Of a stretch of 64,000 nt of DNA, positions 23,792 through 37,157 are shown piece by piece. The notes beneath the pieces are model-generated. The model was not told the DNA's origin. It searched no databases and saw nothing but the letters and a program-made list of their open reading frames with translations. This DNA is from Schizosaccharomyces osmophilus. Taxonomy: Eukaryota. The translations under genes were made by a program, and so were the position numbers. The DNA is taken from NCBI RefSeq assembly GCF_027921745.1, contig NC_079239.1, positions 434,001 through 498,000 of the forward strand, in the 5' to 3' direction. Within the stretch, counting starts at the first letter, position 1; each line of letters begins with the position of its first letter.

Positions 23792-25881
23792 ATGGCTAGT
23801 GTCGCAGTAAAAGAGCCAAAGGCTGCTATAACTCCAAAAAAGAAGACAAAGCCTTCTCGTTTATGCTACACTCCTCCTACCAACATTGCAAATAGTAAAA
23901 AAAAAATCCTGTATACCCGCTATGATTGTATAGGAGAAGGAGGATTTGCTAGATGCTTTCGGGTGAAAGACGATAATGGAAATATATATGCAGCAAAGGT
24001 TATAGCTAAAGCATCATTACAGAATGATAAAACTCGGCAAAAGCTTTTTGGGGAAATAAAAGTGCATCAGTCCATGAGCCACCCGAACGTTGTAGGGCTC
24101 ATTGACTGTTTCGAAGATAAAACAAATGTCTATTTAGTTTTGGAACTTTGTGAGCACAAGTCATTGATGGAATTGCTACGAAAGAGAAAATTGCTCACGG
24201 AACCAGAAGTACGATTTCTCATGCTTCAGATTTTGGGAGCATTAAAATATATGCACAACAAAAGAGTCATTCATCGGGACTTGAAGCTCGGGAATATAAT
24301 GTTAGACGAAAGCAATAATGTAAAAATTGGTGATTTTGGTTTAGCTGCCTTGCTTATGGATGATGAAGAACGAAAGATGACGATATGTGGTACTCCTAAC
24401 TATATTGCACCTGAAATTCTATTTAATTCAAAAGAAGGGCATTCATTTGAAGTTGATCTTTGGAGTGCTGGTGTGGTAATGTATGCTCTTCTAGTGGGAA
24501 AACCTCCGTTCCAAGACAAGGAAGTAAAGACTATTTATAAAAAAATTAAGGCAAATTCTTACGGCTTCCCTCCTAATATTCCTATTTCATCAGAAGCTAA
24601 GAATCTAATCGCTTCTCTGTTGACGCAAGACCCATCTGTTCGTCCAAGCGTTGACGAAATAGCAAATCATGATTTTTTCCATTCAGGTTATATGGCTTCC
24701 TCCCTACCTGATGATATTTTATCTATTCAGCCCGTATGGCCCTCTACGCAATCCAGATCGAGCTTTCAAAGAAATTTGGATTATGTAGCATCGGCAGCTG
24801 GCGTCGGTTTTGGCAAATCAGCTGGAATTGAAAAGAATAAACCGTATGCATTAAAAACAGATGAGGGAGATGATGATCACATTCTTCCTAGCGTTTTAAG
24901 TCCTCGAGATCGGGTAAATCCAGTCATGAAAATTGGACCAGAAACAAAACCCAGTTCTACGAAGCTATCTTCGATTTTTGAAGCAGCCCGCAAGACAAAT
25001 GAAGAGACCCTTCCTTCAAGAGTAAAAGCACTAAAAGAAGAGTCTCGTTCCGTCCCGAAATCCAAACTTACACGCTCTGGTACTTTAGATTATGAAACAC
25101 GCTCAGGTTCCGTTTCCATTGGCAATTTATCAGACAACGTAATATGGATTAACATAAAAAAAACTGCTCTGAAGATTGGCATGGGACTTGAATCACGACC
25201 CGTGGCCTCAAGTCAAGAACCCATGACAGCGAAAAATATCCTGTTCATCACCAAATGGGTTGACTATTCCAACAAATACGGTCTAGGATATCAGCTATCG
25301 AATGAGTCGGTGGGTGTGCATTTCAACGATCAAACCTCGTTGATATTCTCTGCAGATGAGAACGTGATTGAATACATAAGTCATCAAAAGAATGCAGAGG
25401 CAAAACATACGATGTTTTCGACGGGCAAGGCGCCTGATGCTCTAAAAAACAAAATTTATCTTCTTAAGCATTTTAAGAGCTATATGGTACAAAATCTATC
25501 ACGGGCTGTACAGGATGAAACACTTGACGATATTGATATAAAAAATGCCGGCTCTATGGTTTTCATGCATAACTATCTCAGGACTCGTCAAGCAATTATG
25601 TTTCGGTTAAGTAACGGAACCTATCAAGTAAGAAAGAAGAGTGCAGATGAAGATTGTAAAGAGTATTCGTGCTAACAAACATTTAGTTTAATTTTGTCGA
25701 CCACGTCAAAGTCGTTGTTTCACCAGGTGTACAAGGCATTATGGTATTAGACAAAGAGAAAGAGAAAATGGTATTTACATTGGAAGAAGCATGCTGGTTC
25801 ACTGAGGATTTACGGTCACGCTTGAAATATATTCGTGAAGTATTAGAATCCTGGGCTTCGAAGTTGGAATCCGCACGTTAA
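23792..25881 (+). CDS. plo1: Polo-like kinase; intron 25628-25686
   Basis: [19 protein letters not shown] and [12 protein letters not shown]; polo boxes [18 protein letters not shown] and [17 protein letters not shown]. Confidence 0.97.
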
Positions 25882-27052
25882 TTGCATATTTCATGATTAA
25901 CCTATTCTTACCTTTATTATGTGCTGGTTCACGACTTCCTAATTTTGATCCCATCTTTATTCAGTCTTTCATATTGTTTTCTTTCTATCCCGTTCTTTGA
26001 GTGTTAACGGTTTTTTTTTTTTTTTTTTTTTATTACATTTATTAACCCTTTCCTGTTATTACTCGATGAAATATCACCTGCCGTCATACTTGTTTGTTTT
26101 GAATATGTACATCATTCATTTGCCTGCTCATATACTCTTGGTAATCTGTTTCTTTTTTCCAGACTTTTTTTGATGAGTGACTAATGATACATGTGTAAGA
26201 ATTAATACTTAAATTATGTTATACTTTTCCTAATAAAACTTCTTTAACAACGGATCTTTCCAGGGAGCAAGCAAAGCGAACAAAAAACTTCCAAGCGCTG
26301 CATTCGTTCTCGTTCACAAGCTCGTCCGCAAGATCTAGCAAGTAGATGGTTGTAAATAACAATTGACATACAGCACAATACGCACATAAACGTCACGCCC
26401 ATCGTGGCGCTATCGCACCAAATTGGAAGTTTAAGAATGGGATGGATTAGTATCATCTACAAGTCTCGTCTTACATGTCTACCAAGCATTGCGAAATCTT
26501 TCCTTTATGACTGACCTCTTACTGACTGAGAGTGACATTTGGATCTTGAGATGTATGCCTACCTACCTACCTAACTAGTTTGGTGTATGTAGAACCAACA
26601 AGATCAACGAGGAAAATCTTCCCACGAAGTACACACCTACTCAGTTGGGATTTCAATAAAATGTGGGTTAATTGGACAAATTAATCGAATGAGATAGGCC
26701 CTTCTTTGGAAACATTTCATGCCCACTGATTTACTTTGTTCTTCATAGAAATAGCAGGTTAATGAAATATACTCGGTATGGTTATAATGTAAGATTATAT
26801 TCTTTTGATGTCATGGTGGTTTGTATCATTGAGGTATTTTTGATTGATCTTTGATCCTTCCAAAATGTTTTGCGTCGTGTACCATAAAAGTACATTGCGT
26901 GGTCTAAAATTTAAGGTCACTATATGAATGTAACGAAGCGTAGATACTGCTTTAAAGAGTGTTATTGACTCGTTATGGTACGCAATTAAGTCATAATTAA
27001 AAGATACTTAAGACATAGAAACGATCCGAAAGCACATATCATACAGGGCATT

Positions 27053-28482
27053 ATGCTGAAAAATCAGGTTTTGACGAGACCTTTGATCAAAGGTAGGATT
27101 GTACCTTTTTACTTGCAAACAAGGACGAATTTTAACAGTGTTTAGGTTCTCAATTGAGAAATGTGCCGAGATGTGCACCCTTCATACAGCAGATGATACC
27201 TATCAGAACGTATGGATATCTTCCGGTTAGGTCTACAAGCAAAACTACTCTTTCACTTTCGGATTCCAAGCTGAAGAGCGCGTATTTTGGTATGAAGTAT
27301 GGGTTCCCTATGAGATACTCATCCCAGACACCTCAAGAATCCCAGAAACAAGATGTCGCGGAATCTCCTAAGCCTGAGCAAAAGCCTGTGGCGCCAGTAA
27401 AAAAGGCTTCCATATGGCAGCGGTTAAAGGGAGGTGTTTTACATTTTTGGGACGGTACCAGACTTCTCGGTGTGGAAATTAAAATTTCCTCAAAGCTTGT
27501 TTACAAAATGGCTGTCGGCTATGAAATGACGAGACGTGAGAGCCGTCAATTGACCAGAACGCTCAAAGACATTGGTCGTCTTGTTCCCTTCTCGATGTTT
27601 GTCATTGTTCCTTTTGCTGAATTGCTTTTACCTATCGCTGTCAAACTGTTCCCCAACCTTCTTCCTAGCACTTTTGAGGATCCCAAGGACAAACAAGCAA
27701 AGAAGGAGAAGCTCCGTAAAGTACGTTCCGACGTTTCCGGGGTACTTCGGGATACTATTAAATCTGGAAAATTCACATTTTCTGACGAAACCAGCAAATC
27801 AAAGGAATTCCGTGATTTCTTTTTAAAGGTTCGTACTAGCGGACAATCTCCTTCTCGTCAAGAATTAATTAATGTTTGCCAATATTTCAAGGATGACATT
27901 ACTCTGGACAATTTGTCTCGTGCCCAATTAATTGCCCTTTGTCGATACATGAATTTGAATGCTTTTGGTACTGATCCCTTGCTTCGTTACAACATTCGCT
28001 CTAGAATGCGCCAAATTCGTCGGGACGATCGTGCCATCTACATTGAGGGCATCAACTCCTTGTCTGTTCCTGAACTCTTCAATGCCTGCAACTCTCGTGG
28101 TATTCGTTCCCAAGGTCTTTCTCCTGCTAAGCTCAAAGACGAAATGTCTGTGTGGTTAGAAATGCGTATCAAGCACGGAATCCCATCTGTTATTTTGATG
28201 CTTTCCAACGCTTTCTCTTATGGATACCATGAGGGTACTTATGAATCTCGCTGGGATGCTTTGCAGGATACACTTGCTTCAATCCCCGATGAACTCTACC
28301 ACGAAACTGTTGTTGATATGCCTAGCGAAGAAATCTCAAATAAGCAACGCCTTGAAATTTTGAGAGAACAAGAAGAACTCATCGAGGAAGAAGCTGAAAA
28401 CCCCGATGTTGCGAACAAGGTCAAGGATACTGCTAGTGGACCCTCTATGTCTGCTAAGCCCAAAGACAACAAAAAAGTATAA
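27053..28482 (+). CDS. mdm28: LETM1/Mdm38-family mitochondrial inner-membrane protein; intron 27093-27145
   Basis: HFWDGTRLL, RLVPFSMFVIVPFAELLLP..LFPNLLPSTF; basic presequence-like N-terminus. Confidence 0.92.
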
Positions 28483-28851
28483 CGCTTTTTTGGTAACTTC
28501 ACAAGCATAAACTTACACTCAACCAATTAGAAAATATCAGGGGCATCAGTTGGAGAGCTCCTGGTCTCCCATCTCTCCTTTTTCTTGTATTATTTAAAGT
28601 TATGTCTTTCACAGTTCTTTTTGATTACTTCCGAGTTGTTAATGCATTTTCATGGTTACCTGCTTAGCGATTTGATTTCTACGTTAAAAAAGTTGTATAA
28701 ATACGATTTTCGAATTTTACAAAACGCATTGAATGTTACGATTAGTAAGTAGTAGATAAAACGCATTGGAGATTTAAAATGCTGGATATTTTTTGACATT
28801 AGACAAAATTTTTAATAGAGGGTATTCCTTCATTCTTCAGATTCGTAAATA

Positions 28852-28871
28852 ATATATATATATATATATAT
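28852..28871. repeat. (AT)10 microsatellite between the convergent mdm28 and msh1 genes
   Basis: Read directly. Confidence 0.9.
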
Positions 28872-28896
28872 GTAAATGTATAAAGAATGGTAGTAA

Positions 28897-31787
28897 TTAA
28901 GGACTTGCGGTTTGTTGGAGAAGTTCATTAGCCGCTGCCAATACTTCTTTTGGGAGACCTGCATATTGTTAGTTTCGTAGACTTCATTGCCAAGGCTTAC
29001 CAGCTACTTCAGCTACTCTTAATCCGTGAGATCTCTTGTTAACACCCTCTCGAATCTTATAATCGAAAGTGAAGGTATTGGTTTTCTAATTAGTTAGCTT
29101 CCAAGTCGATTGGTTATACATAAAAAGCTTACCTCGTTAACAACGATATCAGTACAATAGCATTTGACGTTTTTATATGCTTTGAATTTCTCTGCTAACT
29201 CGTGTGCATGCGTAGCGAATAGTGTGCGAGCCTTATTAACATCACATAAATACTTCAAGCACCCATAAGCTAATGCTAAACCATCTCTAGCAGTAGTTCC
29301 ACGTCCCACTTCATCCATTATTATAAAAGACCGGCTTGTTGCATTCTTTAAAATGAAAGCAGTTTCCATCATCTCCACCATGAAGGTAGACTGTTGATGG
29401 TATAGGTTATCGGCAGACCCGATCCTACTAAATATTTGATCCACAATACCTATTTTTGCATAGCTTGCCGGTACAAAACTACCCATCTGTGCTAATATAG
29501 ATATAACTGCATTTTGCCTCAAAAAGGTGCTTTTCCCTGCCATGTTAGGACCAGTCAAAAGCCAGATATTGTCGCCGGAATTCCCAACCAAGCAATCATT
29601 CGGCGTAAACTGATATAATTTATTCTTAAGACCCTTTTCAACGATAGGATGACGACCTTGAATTATTGTATGTGATAGAGAATCATTCATAACTGGTCGT
29701 GAAAATTCACATTCGACAGCTAAATCTGCGAAAGACGTAGATATATCAAGCTCATCCAATAGGTTGGCAGTATCACGTATTTTTCTGTGTTCTTTTAGCA
29801 CTGTATCAATAATCATTTGCAGTACGCGAGCTTCTTCTTGATGAATGAACGATTTAGCGCTTTCAAGCTCTAAACCAAGAGAAGACCATTCTGAAAGTTG
29901 AACGCTAGCTGTAGTTTTGGTAGTATTAAACACCGTAGCCTTTGGAAAGATGGACGTAAATTCCTTCAGCATAAGGCTACTGGAGGACTTAATGTGCACA
30001 TAGTATAACTTTGAAGGACTTTTTCGTAAAGTTGCTTTGCTTTCAAATTTCTTATCCAAAGTATTTTGTAGCCTCTCGTAGGAAAGCAGCAGGCGTCCGA
30101 TACGCTTATGCAGAGTTTTCAAAGTTTCGTTGAACGTGGGTTTAACAATCCAAATATCAAAAAAATTTTGCTTAAAAGCATTTTCAGAAACGGGTAATCG
30201 TTTCCTAGCACCAGTGACGATCGGCTCGGATTCAGACAATTCTGTTGATTCAGCAGCGATATCCTCAGCTTCTTTTTCCTCTTCGTCACGTTTTTGCACC
30301 AAAGCACCTTCATTTAAAGCTTCTGAAATGAGGGAAGCTAAAGCGTCATGTTGATGAAAAGCATTTAGCAACGGCTTTAGTGTTTTGGAATTTGCCTCAG
30401 TAAGAAGACTTTCTATACTTTTTATAATAGAAAAATTATTGGAAAGTCCTAGCAAATCGTAAGCATTTCCACGGCGCATCAAAAGCCGCTGAAGTATTCT
30501 GTGTGTATCATTCGATCGTTTAAGTAAATGCCTAATATCTGTTCGAAGTTGGTCCTGATGAATGAATACTTCGACCAAATCGAGTCTTCTATTGATCTCA
30601 GCAATATCAGTAGAAGGAGAGCAAAGTCGCTGAGTCAGTAAACGAGACCCAGACTTAGTTACTGATCTTTTTATTGCATGCAGTAGACTGCCGGCATAGC
30701 GATTTTCCTGTAGGGATGACCTTATTTCAAGCCCTTTCATAGCAGAAGCATCTATCAACATGGAGTTTCGTAAAGAAACGTGAACCGGAGCGCGAAGGTT
30801 TGTATGTGAATTTACTAAACGATCAGACACATATGACAACAAAACAGAACCAGCTTTTCTTTCTAATTCAGAGCAATTCTCTGCATATGAGGAATCAATT
30901 TCTTTCTCTAAGTAAGAAGACCATTGCTGTAAGCTCCAATTTTGCATAGGGGTGTAAGATATAAAATATATATTTTGATCGATACTGTCCAGAATAGGGT
31001 GAGTGCTGCCGGCCTGTAATCGACTATCCAAAACAATCTCTTTCGGTTGGATACGTGCTAAATCTCCTGCTAAACGTTGGCTGTCACTAGTTTGAGAGAA
31101 AAATTCACCTGTTGACAAATCCAACCATGATAGTCCAATACGAAGACTATGAGACTTTCTATCTAAACCTCCAGAAGCGGTGTCTCCTTCAACAACATTA
31201 TGAACAGCATCTTGAGATATAATAGACATGACATAATTACTCTGAAAAGGGTCCATAAAGTTTTCATCAATGAGAGTCCCTGGAGTTATTACACGCGCAA
31301 CAAAACGAGTATACATATTTTTTGATGAAAAGTCATCAGCAGGACGAAGAACTTCTTCACTTAGTGCAACGCATCTTTTCAAATCTTCAACTAGAACTTT
31401 GATATACCTATCAAGCTTGAAGAAAGGAAATCCTGCCATAGAAACTTCATAATTGGAAGTCTTCTTTTTTGAAACTCTTAAATTTAATAGAGGACCTAGT
31501 TCCTCTGCTTGATCAAAGTACAATTCATAAAAATTACCAACTCTCGTTAGCAGTATGCAGTCGGCGAACTTCTTTTGTTGAAGCTTAACTTCCTTTAATA
31601 AAGGAGGCAAAATATTTTTTTCTTTTGGTTGAATCAGTTCCAATGGAGGCCCTAAAGCGCCTTGAAGCAATTGTACACCTTTTGCTTTTGGTGATTTGTT
31701 TGCAACACGACACCAAGTAAATCGTCGACAATTATGGAGAAATTTCAAAGAGCAAAACTGAATCCATCTATTTCTCCATACTAGCAT
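28897..31787 (-). CDS. msh1: Mitochondrial MutS homolog; two short 3' introns (29086-29132 and about 28959-29000)
   Basis: RVGNFYELY mismatch-binding motif, Walker A TGPNMAGKST, STFMVEM, MDEVGRGT, FATH; spliced end SHGLRVAEVAGLPKEVL. Confidence 0.95.
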
Positions 31788-32208
31788 GCTTTTAGGGGAT
31801 TCCAGTAAGAATCTGGATTTTAGCAGTTCAGTAAAGGTTTTCTGTTTCCAGCCTGAGAGCGAAAAATAATAAGAATATTAAGCAAAAGAACAACAAAGGA
31901 TTGTAGAAGTACACGAACAAAGATTCAAGAACATGCGAAAATAAATTACGGCCCTTTATTTTCGATATGCAGTGGTTTAATGGGAAAATTTTAATCGTTT
32001 TGTTTCTAAGCATTTAAAGGACGTTTGAGACTCTCTATTTTCATTCAAACTATCTTGAATTGTTATTCCTCAAAAACTTCATTTATTTTACCATAGGATA
32101 AAGTACATACTGTTATCATCAAATTAAGTTCATTAACATACACGATACGCACAAAATCTTTTTAAGAGAAGAAAAATTTAAAACAAAAGCAAGGGTTTTA
32201 GAGCAAAA

Positions 32209-33511
32209 CTATTCAATTTGCTCATCGCTTTCAACTAACTGGGTGCGCTTCAATTCTAATTCTGTAACCATACGATTGACATCGGCAAGGAAACGATTCC
32301 GTAAAATGGGATTCGTGGCCTCTTCCGCATCTTTTTTACGTTTTTGAATAGAAGTTTCCAATTCGGAAATGAATTCACGCACCAATCTTGTTTGTCGTTT
32401 GCTTTCGCGTGTTTCATCATCAGCTAAAGGTTCGTTAGCAAATAAGCCAGGTTCAAGTAATTCGTATAGAAACATACCTTCATTATCTTCTTCATCTTCC
32501 TCTTCTTCGTCCTCCTCATCGCTAACTGATTCCTCGCCAGCAAGTTGGGGCTCTGCAGTCGACTCTCTTGTATCCTGGCTAAGTTCAAGCATTCCTTGTT
32601 CGATTTGACCAGCCAAATCATCTTCATCCATCCCATCAAACATGTCACCAGGTATCCGTTGGTCTTGGTCACCCACACCAACGCCGGCTGATTGCATCGT
32701 GTCAAACGAAATATCCTCCGATAACGCAACACTGGAATCCCTAGCTAACATAGAGTGGTCTACAAGTTCGCTTGACGTGCTAATCGCTCTTTCATCCATT
32801 GTCAGCAGTCGATCTACTTCATTTTCCACAGCTTCTATGGTACGGTTGGATACGCGTTTACGGAATCGTTTTTGACGAACCCAGTGCATAGGAGTCGTAA
32901 GACCATGAGGATATACATAATCGGACTGTTTTAAGTGGGTATTCAGCACATCGTTTTCATGGTCTATGCGGCCAGTGACTAAAAGCATTTGACAGACATC
33001 AGCTGCTTTGAATATGACTTTTTTATCAAACGACTTGTTTGATTCTATAACGCACGGTAAATCCACTAATTTTGCTCCATACAAATGTCCATTGACATGA
33101 ACAACAGCACGTCGTTGATCTAAAGAAAATTATTAGCAAACTCAATCTTTCACGCACAAATACAATCTTCATACCTTTAAACTTCACCCACACATCGGCT
33201 CCCTTGCCTATTTCGCGATTTTCAATGGCTTTTCGAACATATTCACAGTCTTCGCCTGGCATCATTCGAAGGATGATTTGCTCTTCAATGCAAGGGTCTT
33301 CTTCTCGATCCGATGCTTCTGAATCATATCCCAAACCCGGCTCCCGGACACGTTTCAGGCGGATTTTTGTTAATCGCGGGCCCTTAGGCTCTCGCGCTTT
33401 GATTTTGATTTTAGGAATTGCCGTTGGGACTCCGCTCGCTGGAAGTTGCGGTTTCGGCTCCTCTGGTGGCGGCGGAGGAGGAGGACCCGTTCGAATCTTC
33501 AATTTTACCAT
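32209..33511 (-). CDS. taf7: TFIID subunit Taf7/Ptr6; introns 33120-33174 and probably 32424-32477
   Basis: IEEQIILRM, AKLVDLPCVIESNKS, FKAADVCQML and YPHGLTTPM..KRFRKR (TAFII55 N domain). Confidence 0.93.
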
Positions 33512-34540
33512 TTTTATCCCCCCAATTCCAATGTTTTGTGAAATGCAGTTGGCAACCTCTGTTTGCCTACACCAAAGTCTCGCAAGCTCGCAAAAGCTCG
33601 TTATTCCATGCTTGAATAGTAACTTGTCGACGATACCTAAAAGCCTTGATATGAACAATAATATTATAACTATCATCGAAACGAGGTTATTCTTTCATTT
33701 TATATAGCAGTTTTAGTAAACATAAAGTACGAGAATTTTTTAATTTTTAATGATTGATTATTTACTTTTTCATTCGTACACAACTGGTCACTGGTTCAAT
33801 GGGTGATTTGGTATCTATAACAACTCTTGCGATGGAATCGTGAATTGAGTGAGCATTGCAACGATAGAAGAGATATGAGTAAAGTCAACATTTTTTATTT
33901 AGTTCCTATATGCACGACTATGTGGTAAAACCCTCATCAATATGCCTATTCCAAGTCTTGCATGGATATTTACAAGAAAAGCGGATACAGTCCGGTGGTA
34001 AAGACTCAATTCAAGATATATGAGCCTAGAGAAAATCCAGAAAACAAAAACAAAATAAATAACAAGGTTTTGTATCATCGTTAGCGAAGATAAGTGATAT
34101 AAAAACGATCAGATTCATTAGGATTTAGTATATTAAAAAAGCAATCGTGGCTATTCATTAAACTTGAAACGGAATAACAATGAACGTTAGTAGTAATGCA
34201 AAAGTAAAAACTTCCCGAAACATTACAAATTATCAGCGCAACAAGTTAGTATTAGCAAAACATTACGGGGAGTGGGAGGGTTCAAAACGTTAGGGGTTCA
34301 TTTCTCAATTTTTTATGAAAATAAATAAATGAAAGAAAAAAAAGGTAGTTAGTTGAGAAAGAAAGAATGGAAAGCTATTCATCTTTATTTTCATTATTAG
34401 AGGGGATTGACAATAACATAAAAAAAAAAAAAAAAGAAAAAAAAACATCATTAGCTGAAAACATAAGGGTAAGCAAACACCATTTTCCTTAAGGAAAACC
34501 CATAGTATTTTTAAGACTCACTCCAGGATGTGTAGATGCC

Positions 34541-35890
34541 TCAAGGATGGATATCAGATACATGGGGATGGTGACGAGAAGCGGGCAATTCAAAACTCTC
34601 GGTCCAGTTATTCTCCTCGCGCCATTTTTTGGAATAAGAGTCAACAGCCTTGATAGCATCTGCAATGTCTTGAGGAGTAAATTTTTTGGACATGTTGTGA
34701 ATACTCTCATCGGGACGTAAGGTAGCACGACCAATCATCAAGAGCTCTTCATCGGTAACAAAGGGAATACCGAGTTCTTCCAAAGTTACTGGGAGATGGC
34801 ACTTGGACATGAAAGCGACCATCTTGTAGTAATCTTCGAGAGGCCAGTTTTCCAAAATAAGCTGAGCCAAAGTTCCATAGGCAACTTTTTCGCCGTGCAT
34901 CAAGCGATGGATGTTTCCATGAGCGGTGGTAAGACCGTTATGGATGGCATGAGCAGCAGCCAAATTTCCGTTTTCAAAACCCAAACCAGAAAGCAAAGTG
35001 TTGGCTTCGACGGTATTTTCAAAAGCTTCCGTGCAAACACCACGTAAGTTGGAAAGGATACCAGCAACGGCAAATTTTTCAATGGTTTCCTTGCAAGCGC
35101 GAGCGATAGCAGCACCAGCGACGGTAGGGACACCACCGGCAAACGAGAGGGAGTGGGAACGGAGGACGCTTTCGGTTTCTACATACGTGGAAAGGGCATC
35201 ACCAATACCACTGATGAGGAAACGTACAGGTGCTTTAACAATGACATCGGTATCGACCATGATAAAGTTGGGATTGGTGGGATAAAAGCTGTACTTTTGA
35301 AATTCACCTTCGGAAGTGTAAATGACGGAAAGAGAAGCAGTGGCAGCATCAGAAGAGGCAGTCGTAGGAGCGATAATGCAAGGAACACGCATTTCGTTAG
35401 CCAAGTATTTGGCAGTGTCGATGGTTTTACCACCGCCGACGCCAATGACAATTTGCGAATCGGAAGGGCATTCGGCTTGCAAACGATGGATTTCCTTCAA
35501 ACTGGATTCGCCACCAAAGATAAGTTTGGTTACCTTCATGCCATTGGATTCCAAAGAGTTGACGATGGTGGGAGCACAAATTTTCCAGATATTGGGATCG
35601 GCAAGGACGACCGCGGAATCCGTAGCCCAACTTTTGACATAGGTAAAAGAACGGCCAAAAATATTGCGTCCTTGAGCATACTTTTGGGGGGAAGTAAAGA
35701 TACGATCGGTTGTAAGTTCCTTCTCCCAACCCATTTCCTTGGGTCGTTCCGATTCTAAAGGAGAATAAAATCGCTTGCCCCAACTAGCAGGGCTACAAAG
35801 GGAGCCTTGTATGGGAGCCAAATGGGCAAGCCTGCAAGGAAGATACTTGGGAAGCCCTTTGGCAAGGGATTGACGGTGCATGGAAAGCAT
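34541..35890 (-). CDS. gld1: Glycerol dehydrogenase (GldA-like) with mitochondrial-type presequence, intronless
   Basis: GVGGGKTIDTAK, PTTASSDA, SGIGDALST, SGLGFENG..AAAHAIHNGL and HGEKVAYG. Confidence 0.95.
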   Translation of the reverse strand: MLSMHRQSLAKGLPKYLPCRLAHLAPIQGSLCSPASWGKRFYSPLESERPKEMGWEKELTTDRIFTSPQKYAQGRNIFGRSFTYVKSWATDSAVVLADPNIWKICAPTIVNSLESNGMKVTKLIFGGESSLKEIHRLQAECPSDSQIVIGVGGGKTIDTAKYLANEMRVPCIIAPTTASSDAATASLSVIYTSEGEFQKYSFYPTNPNFIMVDTDVIVKAPVRFLISGIGDALSTYVETESVLRSHSLSFAGGVPTVAGAAIARACKETIEKFAVAGILSNLRGVCTEAFENTVEANTLLSGLGFENGNLAAAHAIHNGLTTAHGNIHRLMHGEKVAYGTLAQLILENWPLEDYYKMVAFMSKCHLPVTLEELGIPFVTDEELLMIGRATLRPDESIHNMSKKFTPQDIADAIKAVDSYSKKWREENNWTESFELPASRHHPHVSDIHP

Positions 35891-36249
35891 GGTTGGCAAT
35901 GAAAAAGTTTCCAGAAGAACAAGAACAAGAAAAAACCAAACCAAACCAAGAAAGGAGAATGAAATCCAAGCAGTTCAATCAAGAAAAATCAATAAAGAGG
36001 ATTTCTTGGAACAAAAACTAAAAGCCCACAAGGGTGTGGGAGGATTGTTAGTGATGATGCTAATGAAGGAAGGAAAATCCCAATAAATAGACAACCCTCT
36101 CGAGTCCTTTGTTTACATACAAGCTTATAGGTAGACAGTGACAACACAAACAAAACAACAACAGAACAACAACAGAAGGGTCGGCTGAATCAATCAAAAA
36201 GAATTATAAGAAAAAGAAAAAGAAAGAAAAGCAAAAGTAATTTTTTTTT

Positions 36250-36251
<2 letters not shown>

Positions 36252-36278
<27 letters not shown>
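36252..36278. repeat. (AT)13 tract upstream of gld1, possibly serving as a TATA element
   Basis: Read directly; CCCCTC lies immediately beside it. Confidence 0.85.
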
Positions 36279-36287
<9 letters not shown>

Positions 36288-37157
36288 AAACTTTTTGCTT
36301 CCTATTACTGGAAATGATACACGACAGCAACTAGATACTCTTCCTAGTAGCAGAAGAGGAGGACGAGTCCAAACAAAACAAGAAAACCCAAACAAATTTA
36401 TACAACAGCTACTATAGCTTTGAGCAACGAATGGGTGAATGTTCCAGAAATTCCAAACCTCGACTTGGGGTATACAAAACAAAAGCGAGAGAGTTAGAAC
36501 TGAAAACGATGGATGATGAGAAAAAACTGGAAAACAACCGCAACAAATATAGCGCTAGACAATATGATGACACAAGAATCCCTCTTTTCAAAACAACTAA
36601 AGTTCAACAAATGAAACCATATAGGTCCAAATTGAAATCTTAAAACATTCTTGAATCGTATGCTCCTACAACGTCATGGAGGAAAGACAAGAAATGGAGG
36701 TGGGCGAGACCAAGGAAATAAGCTTAAGGTTTGTTTGCGGAGTAAAGCAGGTGAAAAGTCTGACATAATACGTAGAACTCGTGCACCCTAATTTCGTTGA
36801 CATACCCCATCAATCCATTCGTCAAAGAAGCTTTATTTACTAAATGAGGAGACCACCGTATGGAGGAAAGAATCATGCGCTCATCATCGTTCTCCATCGG
36901 ATGTATCCGAACAGTAACTTAAAGTTTAAACTCAACTGTTCTCCATTGGGGAAAAAATGGGCGACAACCTTGTAGTTACTATTACTCACCTTCACTCGCG
37001 TCACCACTGCAAAGCGAAGCTGCGCTTTTGGAGTTGGTGTCGATCGTGGTGGTGTCGTATTGGTTTGTAGTGTTCTGCAATGTTTCCCGGTATTTCAGTG
37101 CTACGTAATCCACGACACTATGTAGCATTGCATTGCATTGCACTGCACTATGCCGCA

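Noticed and set aside
28477..28753. Possible terminal intron in mdm28 (GTATAA..TTAG) opening a longer C-terminus
   Set aside because: No consensus branch point; the extension looks like T-rich 3' UTR; the unspliced stop gives a normal end.
33526..33676. Upstream in-frame AUG extension of the taf7 first exon in the ORF track
   Set aside because: Recognisable Taf7 starts at MVKLKIR (33511) in good aaaATG context; the upstream part has no supporting features.
34796..35783. Multiple overlapping ORFs within gld1
   Set aside because: Shadow frames of a codon-biased CDS.
37124..37148. (GCATT/GCACT) pentamer run after the vta1 stop
   Set aside because: Short simple repeat with no spacers; not CRISPR-like or otherwise informative.
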